Shown here piece after piece: positions 19,908 to 32,597 of a DNA stretch of 37,828 nucleotides (position 1 is the stretch's first letter; every line of letters starts with the position of its first letter). Below the pieces are notes generated by a model. The model had not been told where the DNA came from. It did no database searches and saw only the letters and a list, made by a program, of their open reading frames with translations. Source of the DNA: Thraustochytrium aureum. Lineage: Eukaryota. Where the stretch lies: NCBI GenBank assembly GCA_012862495.1, contig BLSG01000090.1:213041-250868 (forward strand), written 5' to 3'. Made by a program: the position numbers and the translations under genes.

Positions 19908-22900
19908 TCACCGCACGCGCTTGGCAATCCAGCGCGTTTCGCACTCGAGGCTCTTCTCCACCGTTTTGTGCACTATATCCGAGCCCGCTTCGGCATTGAG
20001 GAGAAAGTCGCTCAGAAACGCGTCAAGCTGGTCCCCACACAACTTGCTGCAATCTCCGATCCTCTCCAACTGCTCAAGCCTCCGCTGGTTGAGCTCGTGA
20101 AGGTGGTGTATGTCAAAATTTGGCGACATGACCAAAGTCCGCTTCACCTTCGTTCCCCCCCTGCGACCCTCCGTGCGAGCGCTTGAAGCGGACCCGATGT
20201 CGCCCCCACTGGCTCGCGAGACCGCCCTTTCGGGCGAAAGCATAGTTTTCACTCGGAGGCCTTTTGGACCCGCAGCGCTATGCCCAGCGATCCCTGCGAG
20301 TTTTGGGGGCATCAGCATAGATCGATTTGCTGCGGCGGTGTGGTTTTCAGCATCCGACGCGGCACTTCCAGGGCTGGCTGCTGGCCGGCGCCTCGGCCTC
20401 TCTCGTGCGGGCTTCTGACTTGCAGAGACTCCTGAAACCCGGCTTTCTCCCTGGCGAATGCTGCGCCGGGCTGGCCCTCCCTCCCTCCCTTGCGAGTCGC
20501 GCCGGATCGAAGACCTTGCCATCCGGGTATATGAACTTGGAGTCGCTTCGGAGAGAACCTTGCATTGCCTCTTTGACCCCGCGCGACCGCGGAGCCGCGT
20601 TGCTTGCGCGAGGGGGCCTGTCGAGCTCAGGATACAGCGCTTTCATGAGCCCCACGCTCGGCGAGTCGGGCGCAGAGCCCGCAAACGGGTCTGAGCGACC
20701 TTGCCGGACCTCCCGCACCTGAACGGGCGACGCGCCGATCAGGCTCAAGGGGCTCCCAAGCGAACCATNNNNNNNNNNNNNNNNNNNNNNNNNNNNNNNN
20801 NNNNNNNNNNNNNNNNNNNNNNNNNNNNNNNNNNNNNNNNNNNNNNNNNNNNNNNNNNNNNNNNNNNNNNNNNNNNNNNNNNNNNNNNNNNNNNNNNNNN
20901 NNNNNNNNNNNNNNNNNNNNNNNNNNNNNNNNNNNNNNNNNNNNNNNNNNNNNNNNNNNNNNNNNNNNNNNGCTCGTTTGAACGGGCTCGGGCTGTACAG
21001 AAAGTCGCCATGTGTGTCCGCGCCCTTAGTGTGCTGGACATCGTACCCCATAACGTCGCGCTGGAACACGAGCTCCGCGTTGCGGCCATCCAGACTGTCG
21101 AGCTTGGCTTGAACACTCTCAAGCGCGGCTCGAGTTTTGGCTTGCTCGTTGCGAGTTGCCTCGGCTTCAGCTAAAAGCCTTTGCAGTGCGTCGTCCGCAA
21201 TAGACGGGGCTGGGCCGCGGGCCGAAAGCGTCTCCGAAGCTCGCCCGTTCCGCTCCCCCTGCTGCGCAAACCCGCCAAGCCGAGGACTCGGCATCGTTGC
21301 CGCCCTCTTAACTGGGTTGCGCTCTGGGCTATTGTCTGCAGCGCCGAGGTCGGCGAAGAGCCCCGCAGTTCCAGGTAGCCTGTCGCCCTCTCTAGAAGAC
21401 GGCGGGTCAAACAGACCGGCTTTTAGCCCTGCAGACCCCCGATTTGATCGAGCGGACGGCACACTTGCCTTGCTCAGTCGCTGGTCCAAGCTTTCGCGGT
21501 CGCGGGCCAGCCGCGCGTCTTCCGCGGCCTCTTCCTGCTTGCGCAGCTTCTCCTCGTCGCTCTTCTGCTTCTTTTTCTCTTCGATTTGCGCAAGTAGGCC
21601 CTCTTGGTGAAGTCTCTTGCGGTCTTTCTCGGCTTGCTCCTTGTCGAGAGCTTCTTGAATCTCCTTGCGCTCCCTCTCGATTCTGGCTTCCTCCTCCTGC
21701 TCGCGAAGCTTGCGCTCCTCGGCCTCCCGCTTTTTTCGTTCTTGCGTCATCTCGACCTGCGAGTCGAGCTCTTTCTGTCGTTGAAGCTGCTTTGCTCGCT
21801 TTTCAGCGAGCTCGCTCCGCACGTTGGGGTCTGCTAGGTCGACTCTGAACCTGCCGTGCCGGTCTCCCTCCAGCCCGTGGCCTGCGTCCACGCCGCTTCC
21901 GATAGCAGGGATGCCCGGGAGCCCATTGTCCAAAAGCCTCTGGGGGAACCCAGGCTCGCCCGAATTGCCTCGGCGTCCATCATATTCAACATCCACAGCC
22001 TGCTGATGGGTCAGTGGATGCCCACCAATCTGAGCGTGCGAGCCATGATGCGATGGCGTTTGCCAGGCTGGCGATCGGCCGTCCGCTCCACGTGTCGGCG
22101 ACCCTGGGAGTACTGCGGCGGCCCCGGTCCCACTTGCAGCCATGAACGCCTGGTGCCTCAGGAGCTGCTCGTCTTCCATGCGCTCCTGCGCCGACTGCAT
22201 TGCCTTGGCGTGCTTCGTTTGCATCTCCTGCATTTCCAAGTCGCGCTTGTATGCCAGCTGACGCAAGCGCTTCTGCTCCTTCTCGGTCGCTGCTGAGCCG
22301 CCCCAGGGCAGCGGCGCCACAATCTGCGACTGCGACTGATGGCCCCTACCCGTGGGCGACCCGCCCCGATGCAAGGCCGCGCCCCGTGCCCGCATCTCCA
22401 TTTGCTGCTCAAGCTCACGAGCGTACTGCTGCTGCTTGGCGTGCTTTTCAGCCGCAGGGCCATATGCTTGCCCTGCTAGAGCTTGCTGCTCCCAGCCATC
22501 GCCGCCTCCAATGCCCTGCAGCCCTGGGCCTGCATGCCTTGCGCGGGCCCAGACCGCCATATTGGAATCCCTGCGGCACGCCACGTTGTTGATGAGCAGA
22601 ACCCCACGCTTGGTGGGCTGGAGAGCGCGGTGAGGACCTCGCGAGCGCGACCTTTGCAGCCATTTGCTCCTTCAAATCACGGGCGTAGGCTTGCTGTCGC
22701 AAGACTTTTTCGTGCTGTGGAGACAGCGGTACCGCGCCGTTTTGAACGCCATAAGGCAAATAGCCTGGCGCATCCACTTGGCCAGGACTGGGGTAGCGCG
22801 CCCGCCCAGAAGTGTCCAGCTGCAATTGCAATTGCATTCGCGGCGACCTCGCTCCCTGCGAGGCCCCCATCACGTGCGGTTCGGCAATGCGGCCACTCGG

Positions 22901-23684
22901 GTTTGTCCACTGCGGCCCTGCGCTATCAAAGGGCAGGCGCACGGGCACTTGCTGGTGCATGTTCCAATCCCAGACTTGCCCAGGAGGGGGCAGCGCAGAA
23001 TGATTTTGCGATCGGGCGTCGATACGCTCGCCCACCTCTCGCGATCTCTTCTCCTGCATTTGCCGCTCCAAATCTCTTGCATACGCTTGCTTCTTTGAGA
23101 CTTCTTCAAGCCTACGCATCTCGGGCGCTCCAGATCCTGCGGCTCCCGGCCCCCACCCTACTCGAGGCGGCGCCCGCTGCTGACGGCGGTCCTTTTCAGC
23201 TTGTTCGAGCCGTAGCTTGTCCTCCATCTGCTGTTCAAGAGCTCTGGCATATTCTTGCTGCTTGGTGAGTGCCTGCAATTTCTCGCGGCTCTCCCATCTG
23301 GCAGGGTGCTGCTGCGTTGGCGATGCTGGCGCCTGCATCCGTGGCGGCGAAGAGAGCCTTGGTCCTGCGTCGTAGTGCCTCTCTGCCCGTTCGCGCTCAT
23401 GCTTTTCGCGAATTTGTTGCTCAAGGTCGTGTGCATAGGCGCGTTGCCGGTCAAATTGCGCATTTCGGTCACTCTGAAGCGGCCCCTCGGGGCCAGGCGC
23501 CGCGCGGGGCCGCAGCACCGTGTCCTCGTGTTCTGCCATCCGACGGGCGTCGATTTGCGCCTGCAGACCTTGTGCGTACTCTTCTTGTCTGCTCCGAGCG
23601 TCGCCAAACGCAAGTTTGGGAACTAACGCAACCGGCGAAAGGCGGGTCGAGCCACGCGCTGGGCTTCGCGCGTTTGGCGAAAAA
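19908..23684 (-). CDS. CSPP1/CCDC66-like centrosomal/ciliary coiled-coil protein; start in gap 23685-24591; frame breaks at ~22520-22550 and ~20350-20500; internal gap 20769-20970
   Basis: Repeated Y-A-x-x-L-x-x-Q helices and a CCDC66-like block KRAKQLQRQKELDSQVE...REQEEEARIERERKEIQE. SLRSDSKFI and the C-terminal NFDIHHLHELNQRRLEQL...QLDAFLSDFL resemble the CSPP1 C-terminus (recalled, not searched). Confidence 0.6.
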
Positions 23685-24956
23685 NNNNNNNNNNNNNNNN
23701 NNNNNNNNNNNNNNNNNNNNNNNNNNNNNNNNNNNNNNNNNNNNNNNNNNNNNNNNNNNNNNNNNNNNNNNNNNNNNNNNNNNNNNNNNNNNNNNNNNNN
23801 NNNNNNNNNNNNNNNNNNNNNNNNNNNNNNNNNNNNNNNNNNNNNNNNNNNNNNNNNNNNNNNNNNNNNNNNNNNNNNNNNNNNNNNNNNNNNNNNNNNN
23901 NNNNNNNNNNNNNNNNNNNNNNNNNNNNNNNNNNNNNNNNNNNNNNNNNNNNNNNNNNNNNNNNNNNNNNNNNNNNNNNNNNNNNNNNNNNNNNNNNNNN
24001 NNNNNNNNNNNNNNNNNNNNNNNNNNNNNNNNNNNNNNNNNNNNNNNNNNNNNNNNNNNNNNNNNNNNNNNNNNNNNNNNNNNNNNNNNNNNNNNNNNNN
24101 NNNNNNNNNNNNNNNNNNNNNNNNNNNNNNNNNNNNNNNNNNNNNNNNNNNNNNNNNNNNNNNNNNNNNNNNNNNNNNNNNNNNNNNNNNNNNNNNNNNN
24201 NNNNNNNNNNNNNNNNNNNNNNNNNNNNNNNNNNNNNNNNNNNNNNNNNNNNNNNNNNNNNNNNNNNNNNNNNNNNNNNNNNNNNNNNNNNNNNNNNNNN
24301 NNNNNNNNNNNNNNNNNNNNNNNNNNNNNNNNNNNNNNNNNNNNNNNNNNNNNNNNNNNNNNNNNNNNNNNNNNNNNNNNNNNNNNNNNNNNNNNNNNNN
24401 NNNNNNNNNNNNNNNNNNNNNNNNNNNNNNNNNNNNNNNNNNNNNNNNNNNNNNNNNNNNNNNNNNNNNNNNNNNNNNNNNNNNNNNNNNNNNNNNNNNN
24501 NNNNNNNNNNNNNNNNNNNNNNNNNNNNNNNNNNNNNNNNNNNNNNNNNNNNNNNNNNNNNNNNNNNNNNNNNNNNNNNNNNNNNNNNNNNCAGACAGAC
24601 AGACCCAGATCAGTTGCAATAACTCGCTGTAAAGCGATTGCTGCTCTTGCGCTGGGCGTCGAGCAGAAGACCGCGGCAGGACTTTGAGCATTGCCAGCGA
24701 CTCGGACGCGTTGCGCACTCGCGAGGTGCGAGAGGGTGAAGACATTGATTGGGCTGGGATCTGCGCTGTGAAAGCACGCGTGAGCGAGCCAACGAGACAG
24801 CTGGTGGCTCTTCGCGTTGACGAGGGTTGTCCAAGGTGGCTGGGAAATCGGGCTGGCAGCGGCCCTGTCACGTGGTGTCTACCTCTTGGGGCGTGGTCCG
24901 GGCTTGGGCTGACGGGACTGGCGATGCTGCGGCGCTGACTCAACCTGAGGGCTGGA

Positions 24957-27900
24957 ATGGCGCTTGAAGAGCGCAAGATAAGGTATAAGAGCTCGGCAGG
25001 AAGTAGCACGACCGTCGAGTATGCCTGGGAAAGGTGGTTTGGCGACTCGGGGGTTCGAACGGCGAAAGCCGGGCGCCATGGCCTCTCCTTTCGAAAGTAC
25101 TTTGCAGACGAGCTCGAAAAACAACGAGAGGAACTTCGATCTGGGTACAGCGCAAAGCGCTCAGCTGGAGAAGAGCGCAAATTCGAAGCAGAGGAAGATC
25201 GGCGCGAAATTGAAGAGCGAGCGCAGCATGTTGCGGAACTCGGCAAACAGTCGTTCAAGCTGCGCGGCGCAGCGGCGGCGCTTCCTGCGACGCTGTCGCG
25301 CGCACTGCGCCGCTCAAGCCGCAGATGGCAGAGGCTTCGGCAGGAAAACAGCACCGAAGCGCAGGGACCGCACGCCATCAACTCCGACAGCAGCTCGGGC
25401 GAAGAGGAAGACGACGCTTCGAAGGATGACGACGAGGAGTGGGAAACCTCGCGATGGTGCCAGTCCGACATAGAGAGGGCCGTCGAGACGTTGGTGGGCC
25501 AAGTGAGAAGCGCAGAGAAGCTCAAGCGACGCCGCGTGGCAACGCAGATGCTAGTCACGCTCTTGCACCGCCACAAAATGGCCGTGGACCACCTAGACCT
25601 TATCATCCCGTCTTTGGCGGAGAAGGCCCTTTTTATCAACCACACCGCCGCCCGCCGGGGGGCGGACGAGGTGCGGCTCGGGCACATGCTTGCCGCGGTC
25701 GCGCCATTCATGGCGGAAAAACTGTCTCGGTACGCTTGCGCGCGCAAGTCCGCACGACTGCTCGCGCGCAAGCACCACCTCGCTGCCCGCTTACTGCAAA
25801 ACAAGTGGCGCTCCGTCCTGTTTGAGCGGAGACAAGCGCCGCGGCTGGACGCGGAGATGCGCGCGCGGCGCCGAGCGATGCACGTACTTGCGCTGAGCGA
25901 CATGGTCAAGCAGTGGCGCCGCTTCTATCAGCGCCAACTGGGACAGCTGAGCCAGAACGAGCAGCTTTCGCAGGTCAGGCTTCTTGACGCGTTGTGCTCC
26001 AGCAGTTTGAACGCCAATTTTTGCGCAAAGGACAGGCGGCTTTTGGTGGAGAATGGCGCCGTGCATGCCTTGGCAGAGCTAGCCCTGAGCCGCAACCAAT
26101 CCCTGCGCACGGCAGCGTGCGAGGTGCTTGCGAAGGTTGCCTCCGAGCCCGCGCTTCGCGTCGATCTTCTGCACGCGGGATTGCACGTCGCTCTTGCCGT
26201 GCTTTTGCAGTCAAAGTTGGTGCAAGATCGGTGTATTGCTCTCGAAGTCCTTGACGCCGTGTTTGGGTGCGTCAAAATCTCGACGGCAAGACCTCGGCTC
26301 GGTCTGGCATCTTGTGCACGGTAATCCTGGAGAGCAGGTGGGCGGCAAACCGCGCATTTCTCGGTATATGCGCACGCAGAGCGCCGCTCTTTCTGCGGAA
26401 GACGCCGTTCGGAGCATGGTCGACCGGCGGCGAGATGGGAGGGCTCCTGAGGTGGCTCAAGTCGCTCCTCTTGACAGAGGACGAGGTCGTTCGAATTGGC
26501 GCGACAATGTGCTTGCTCAAATTGGCCAGCAGCGCGTGCAACCCGTTCATAGCCTGCGTCGGCGAGTCGCTTACGGTGCCAGAGCGATGCGCAGATGAGC
26601 CTGCAACTTACGAGAGAACGCGCCGAGACCGTGTTGTGCAGCTCGTCCACTCCCTTGTCGCGAATCTCGGCGCTGAAGGGGCTCCCGGCCTCCCCCTTCT
26701 TAGCGCCCAGCTTGTGGCCCAGCTCGCCGCGTGCAGGTTGGTTCGCGAAACCTTGGCGGCGGTTTGCATGCCGGAACTCATCCTCCTAAACCTGTGCCAT
26801 GATCAGGTTGGGACGTGCAGCGGGACCCTGAGCCCAGGGTCGAAGCGCCTTGGTCTCATCTGTCTCGTTGCGCTTGCAAGCAATACGACGAGGCCGCTCC
26901 GCTCTTGACGGAGCCACTCCCCGCAAAGCCGTACGACCTCAAGGTGCTGGGGGCGCTCGGGCCGGCCGCCAGTGTGCTGCCCTCACGTGCGGCCAATGAC
27001 GACGAGTCCTTGATGAGACCTCTGGCTGGCGTGCTGCGCCTGGACATGTTTGCGACGAGCAGCGAGATCATCACGTGCCTGCAGTCGTCGCTTTTGGCTC
27101 TAGCGACCCAAACGCCGCGGTCGCGCGCTCGAGAGTCTGTCGAGAGGCTTTGCTTTGAGTTTCGCGGCCTCAACACGGTCTTGTGGTTTTTGCTTGAGGG
27201 GCAGCGCTTTGGCGACGAGGAGGAGGAGACCTCGAAAATTGAGGCGTTCAGTGTGACTGCCCTCGTTCTCGCTCGATGCTGCGAGCTGGTTCCGCGACTT
27301 GCCGAGCAGCTCGTACGAGCGGAAGTTGTCTCGGCCCTCTGCCAGACCCTGCGCGCTAGCCACTCGCCACCGAAGGGCCTCAGCGAGACCCAGCACGAGT
27401 TTCTAGAAACCGCTGCGGCAGCGAGCTGCAAGGCGCTTTGCGCGATCGCTCGGGCGCCGATCTACTCAGGCACGGCGCGCCGCATGGTGGCGCTGGCCCT
27501 TGCGGAGGATGGCACACTGAGTGTTTTGGTCTCGCTGATCGCGCGCGGGTCCAAGGCGTCTGCAAACGGTTCCTGCCACGACGGCAAGGTCTCCGCGACA
27601 GCGTCACTGCAGGTTCTGACCGCGCAGAGCGGGGCCGGCTTGATTGGTGCGCTCTTGCCCTGGCAAGGCCTTGAGCTCGAAGCTATCACGGACGTCGTCT
27701 CCGCGAGTTGCACAAGCGAGTTTGCAGCTGCCGGGGAGCTCGCTGCGGCCTCTTCGACAAGCCTAGATCCTCTGCAGGATCGCGAGGAGCTTCTCATGCG
27801 ACAGAGGGCGCGTGTGAATGCTCAAAAGGCGGCAGAGCAGGGAGTTGATTCGACGGGGGACCAGGACATTGCTTCCAGGTTGGCCGACCCGGCCGAGCTG

Positions 27901-29712
27901 GGTATCGCGCATGCGGTCGTGAATGCCGCGGCGCGTCGGCTTACTCGGGCTCTGGGTCGAGCACCGCTAGGTCCTCTACGGCAAGCCTTGTGCCTCGCGC
28001 TTGCTCGGTTTGCGTGCACGCAAGCCACGGCGCAACTCGTCCTCGATTGTGGCGTCGCGCGAGCGGTCCAGCGCGTGCTACCCTCTCGATCCGGGGTTTG
28101 CGGGCCGTGCCGTGGCGACCTTGCGTCACCTCCGGCATCATCAGGAAGCGAAGGGGTAGACGATCTGGGGGACGAATCAACGCAGCGACGGGGCTCTGCT
28201 CGTCGGCCAAAGAAGCAACGGGGACTGCGAACCGGCGCGGCGCGGCGACTTGGCGAGACGAACGAGGGCGACTCGCTGAAAACCTACGTTGAGGCCCTCG
28301 GCGAGACCTCACCGTCGCTGTTCACGTTTTGCAGCGGCCTGGCTCGTCCTCTCCGCGGGAAGCTGGCCATGGTGTCTTGCGGCGCTGTCAAGTGTGCAGT
28401 AGACTCGATTTGCCTTCTCGAGGATGGGCTTGAGACGATAAAGCTGAAGGGGGAGGCGGCTCTCCTTGTGGCCCGCGTCGCCAACACGAGCCACCCGATC
28501 CACGGATCGGTTAATGAGGAGATTCTGGACGAATCGACCAACTGCGTCCAGCGGCTCATCGCTGTCGCTCGAAACAGGAGCGCCCCCGCGCGGGCCCGAC
28601 TTCATTGCCTGCTCGCGATCGCGCAGCTCGCCCAGGATGAGGTCCGGTTTGTCCCCAAGCTCGTCAAGGCTGGAGGGGTCAAGCACCTCGTTGGCTTGCT
28701 CCGCGAGTTAGAAGGCTCTGTTGCAGCGGGCATGCGTATAGACGAGGAGTCTGCCAAGGCGTCCACCTCGGCAAACGAGCCCTGGCCACAAGAAACGCGC
28801 TGGCTGCTGCGCCAGGCCCTCCGCGCGCTATTCGCAGTCAGCAAGCACATGATCGGGGCCAACCACGACGGCCTGCTGCACGAGGGCGTCGAGGCACTCC
28901 TGAAACGCTTGGCCCGCAAGCGGGACGCGCCACAGGTATGTGGCGAAGTGGCGCCTCCGGCGCGGGCGAGCGCGGTCAAGGACCCGCTGGCATCGTTGCC
29001 CACTTTGAGCGAGCTCGCCAGATCGATTCTCGAGGACCTGCGCATGTCCATCACATATGGGACGAGCATGAACCGTCAAATCGCGACAGCGCCTCAGCCA
29101 GGGGAGCGCCCGCTGACTTCTGGGGTCCTGGAGGACCACGAGCTTGGCGGGCGGACGTTGAACAACTTTTTCTCTTCACCCTTCGAGGTGGCGCCGGCAT
29201 CGAGCGCAATATTCTCGCCTCGAGCGGGCCGCTTGGAGCGGCTCGATGTGCTTCCAAACACTGCTGGAGGGCGGATGGAGCCGGCGGGCCGTCGCGGGGA
29301 GTCGCCGACGCTATCCCGGCGCGCGCGCGCCAGGCGCGGCGGGCGCGACTCGCGAAAGGCTGCTTCGCCGCGAGCTAGCCCGCCGTCTCAGCCGCACGAG
29401 GGGCCTGCTGGATCTCGATACGCGCTGCCAGAAAAGCTGTTTGACCGAGGGGAGGGCTCGGGTGCAGACGGGACCAGGGATGAAGGCGGCAGCGCAAGTC
29501 GATTTCGACAGCATAGAGGCGACAGGGCGGCCCTTCGCCCCAACACAGAAATATGCTTCTCGGACGCGATCGGGGCCCCGAGCAAACCAGAGCAGCTGCT
29601 GTGGACGCGACCCGCGGGGCGGCCGCAAGGCGAGGGGCCCGATCTTGCGCGTATGCACGAAGCCTACCTGCTCAATACGAGGCCGCCCGGCAAGCCGGCG
29701 CATAGCAAATAG
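24957..29712 (+). CDS. Large (~1580 aa) armadillo/HEAT-like helical repeat protein with an IQ-like motif; frame breaks at 26265-26267 and ~26899
   Basis: Three abutting ORFs (24957..26324, 26267..26908, 26815..29712) join if one base is added at each junction. ARM-like segments: LLVENGAVHALAEL, LLHAGLHVALAVLL, LVRAEVVSALCQTL, LVKAGGVKHLVGLL, LLHEGVEALLKRL. IQ-like AARLLQNKWR. Confidence 0.7.
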
Positions 29713-29831
29713 GCAGCGGGGTGAGCTTTTGAAAAAATCTGTTTTGATCGGCGCTACTCGGAACCTGGCGGTCCGCGGCTGGCTCGAACGAACCCTGTTC
29801 GAGAAGTTGGAAAGGCGTCGCTCAAAAGCCC

Positions 29832-30483
29832 CTACACAAAATCCGGGGGGGCGACATTGACGCCGGCATCGTTGAGCGCGTCGAGCGGGTCCACCTCGAC
29901 GGGGATCCTGAACGAGGCGTGCGAGCCCACGAAGAGCGTGCCGAGGAAGACGATGTACATCATGGACGATATGAGCCCGCCAAAAAAGACGACAAAGGTA
30001 GCCAGCGGAAACAGGACCATCATCTTCTCCTTGCGACCAAGCTGGTACTGACCGACGGTGACCACGTCGTCAGGCTTGTTGACCTTGAAGAAGAGCGCCC
30101 AGAGGCCCGCCAGCAGGGCGAGCTCGAAGAGCATGAACGGCGATGTCAACACGACGTAGATGAGCGTCAGGCCGTAGCATCCAGCGTACGACAGGCGAAA
30201 GTGCGCCGTGTTGGCGCTCACGCGCGCCATCCACTCCGCGCGGTCCTTGGGCTTGGAGAACCCGACTGGGTTGAAGAGGTCGCGCGCTTCGCGGCGCGCG
30301 GCCGCGGTGGCCTCGGCCACGTTGTGAACGCCTTTCAGCGGGTTTGCCTTTTGCACGTACACGGCGATGCCCTGGCCGATGGTCATCAGCTGCGCGAGTC
30401 GCATTGCGTTCAAGTCGCCGCTGTTGTCTGCCGGGTCGTTCTGGTTCGCCGACGGGCTCTTCTGGTTATTCGATGCGCCAAAC
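29832..30483 (-). CDS. PRA1 family prenylated Rab acceptor; start in gap 30484-30939
   Basis: FSKPKDRAEWMARVSANTAHFRLSY, two long hydrophobic hairpins and VGSHASFR, the PRA1 signature. Confidence 0.88.
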
Positions 30484-30989
30484 NNNNNNNNNNNNNNNNN
30501 NNNNNNNNNNNNNNNNNNNNNNNNNNNNNNNNNNNNNNNNNNNNNNNNNNNNNNNNNNNNNNNNNNNNNNNNNNNNNNNNNNNNNNNNNNNNNNNNNNNN
30601 NNNNNNNNNNNNNNNNNNNNNNNNNNNNNNNNNNNNNNNNNNNNNNNNNNNNNNNNNNNNNNNNNNNNNNNNNNNNNNNNNNNNNNNNNNNNNNNNNNNN
30701 NNNNNNNNNNNNNNNNNNNNNNNNNNNNNNNNNNNNNNNNNNNNNNNNNNNNNNNNNNNNNNNNNNNNNNNNNNNNNNNNNNNNNNNNNNNNNNNNNNNN
30801 NNNNNNNNNNNNNNNNNNNNNNNNNNNNNNNNNNNNNNNNNNNNNNNNNNNNNNNNNNNNNNNNNNNNNNNNNNNNNNNNNNNNNNNNNNNNNNNNNNNN
30901 NNNNNNNNNNNNNNNNNNNNNNNNNNNNNNNNNNNNNNNCGTCCAGCGCTACGCGTCGCGGCTTCACGCGATAGTGTCGCGTCCAACGC

Positions 30990-31011
30990 TGATTGATTGA
31001 TTGATTGATTG
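30990..31011. repeat. (TGAT)n microsatellite, ~5 copies
   Basis: Read directly from the sequence. Confidence 0.9.
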
Positions 31012-31406
31012 AACAACGTGGAGCTGGCTACTTGGTGTGCTGAGGCGTTTAAAACCCTGCTCATCGCGGCCAATCGCGTTATGCGGCGTCCAGCGCTGTT
31101 CAAAACGCACGAGTATGTACAACCCTGGTCACGTGTGCTCTGCCGGTTGTCGTGATGCTCGCGAGTTGAATTGATCGCCCGCGGGCGGGGCTGTTGCGCG
31201 CAATGGATGCCGTGTCTGCCGGGAGGGATCGGATCGGATCAGAGTGGAACGAATTGGACGGTGAAAGGAAAGCGAACGGGGTTGGGTTGGCTGTTAGTGG
31301 GGAGCTGGCGGCGGCAGCGTGGGCTGCGCTTGGTCCGGGCTTTGGCAGGCTGCTCGCCGGCTTGGTGTCTCTTTCTCTACTAGCTAGCTAGAGCTCTTGA
31401 GAGGAG

Positions 31407-32597
31407 CTACAGAAACTCGATGCCCTCAAACTTGTGGTCGCCCGGGATCTTCTGCTCCGGCAGGTAGACCTCGCCGTTGATGTTGAAGACTGTGATGTAG
31501 GTCTCCTGCTGGCCTTCGCCAGTGGCCTTGTTCTCGAGCTCCATCGTGCGGAGCCCAATGATGACCTCATTGCGCGTCCAGGGCACAAACTTGAAGGACG
31601 ACCAGCCATGTGTCGCAACACTCTCGCCGATACTCACCTTCTTCTCGAGGCTGCTAAAGTCCTCGTTGAAAGCGAGCAAGAGGTTACTCCCTTTGCGCTC
31701 GTCCTCCTTCTCGTCGTAGGGCTCGCTGCTGACCCGGCGAGGCAGCACGTACCAGAGACGGTTGACCTCGTCCCAGACGATGGCCTCATGGATCATGTAG
31801 CCAGGGTGCGGCGAGCCGGTGACCTGCTGCATCTTTGAGAACCGCGGCTCCCAGTCTTCGTGCGTGATCGTCCCGCTCGGTTCGATGACGCTAACCCAAA
31901 GGTTGTTTTTCGTCGTGATCTCCCCAGCCGAATTGGTGTAGGGCTTTCCAAAGCTACCGACGTAGAGCTTGCCATCCTTGACGGTGGCCCACTCTGTCTT
32001 TTGGCCCTTCGTCGTGGCTCCGTCGCCCTCCATCAGAATGTACCGCGGGATGCACTGGAAGGCCTTGTCGAGCTCGAACACGACGCCGCTGCGGTCGTCA
32101 AAGGTCCATAGCTTGTCCTCCCACGTCGTCAGCTCGCTGAGCTCGAGACCGCGCCCGGCCTCGCCGAGGGCGGAGCGGAGCTCGACGTCGTCTTTCCAGA
32201 TAATCGTCCAGGTATCGTCCACGCTGCGCGTCAGCGTGGCCTGCTTGAAGACGCTGCGCCACTCTGGATCTTTCGAGTTGCCCACCTTGGACTGCCGGTC
32301 CAGATCAGCGACGACAGCAAAGTGAAACTCCTCTTTGGACGACATGCACCAGACAGTGCGGCACCCTGGCGAGCCGCGCAGACCGCCGCTTCCTGCGCCC
32401 CGGATGGAGGCTGGGTTGGCCGGGAAAAACGTGTTGGACACGTAGAAGAATACAAACAGCAGCATCACGATGCCGGACACCTTGTAGACATCGACTTTCG
32501 CCATCGCGCCTTGTGGGGCACTGCTCGGCTTGCGCGCGTTCACCGACCTCCTCCGCGACACGCTCTTAACGAAGCCCCCTTGGCTCGAGAAGCTCAT
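31407..32597 (-). CDS. CANT1: Calcium-activated nucleotidase / apyrase (CANT1 family), type II membrane protein; alternative start at 32504
   Basis: N-terminal TM (IVMLLFVFFYVS), then AVVADLD, GRGLELSEL, FDDRSGVVF, LMEGDG..KGQKTEWATVKDGKLYVGSFGK, GYMIHEA, LPRRVS, HGWSSFKFVP and the terminal KFEGIEFL. Confidence 0.96.
   Translation of the reverse strand: MSFSSQGGFVKSVSRRRSVNARKPSSAPQGAMAKVDVYKVSGIVMLLFVFFYVSNTFFPANPASIRGAGSGGLRGSPGCRTVWCMSSKEEFHFAVVADLDRQSKVGNSKDPEWRSVFKQATLTRSVDDTWTIIWKDDVELRSALGEAGRGLELSELTTWEDKLWTFDDRSGVVFELDKAFQCIPRYILMEGDGATTKGQKTEWATVKDGKLYVGSFGKPYTNSAGEITTKNNLWVSVIEPSGTITHEDWEPRFSKMQQVTGSPHPGYMIHEAIVWDEVNRLWYVLPRRVSSEPYDEKEDERKGSNLLLAFNEDFSSLEKKVSIGESVATHGWSSFKFVPWTRNEVIIGLRTMELENKATGEGQQETYITVFNINGEVYLPEQKIPGDHKFEGIEFL

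Noticed and set aside
22448..25909. 1153-aa ORF and other long ORFs spanning N-runs (e.g. 12830..15376, 5081..6805, 29832..31103)
   Set aside because: These are artefacts of translating through gaps. The portions beyond the gap are antisense to real genes or non-coding.
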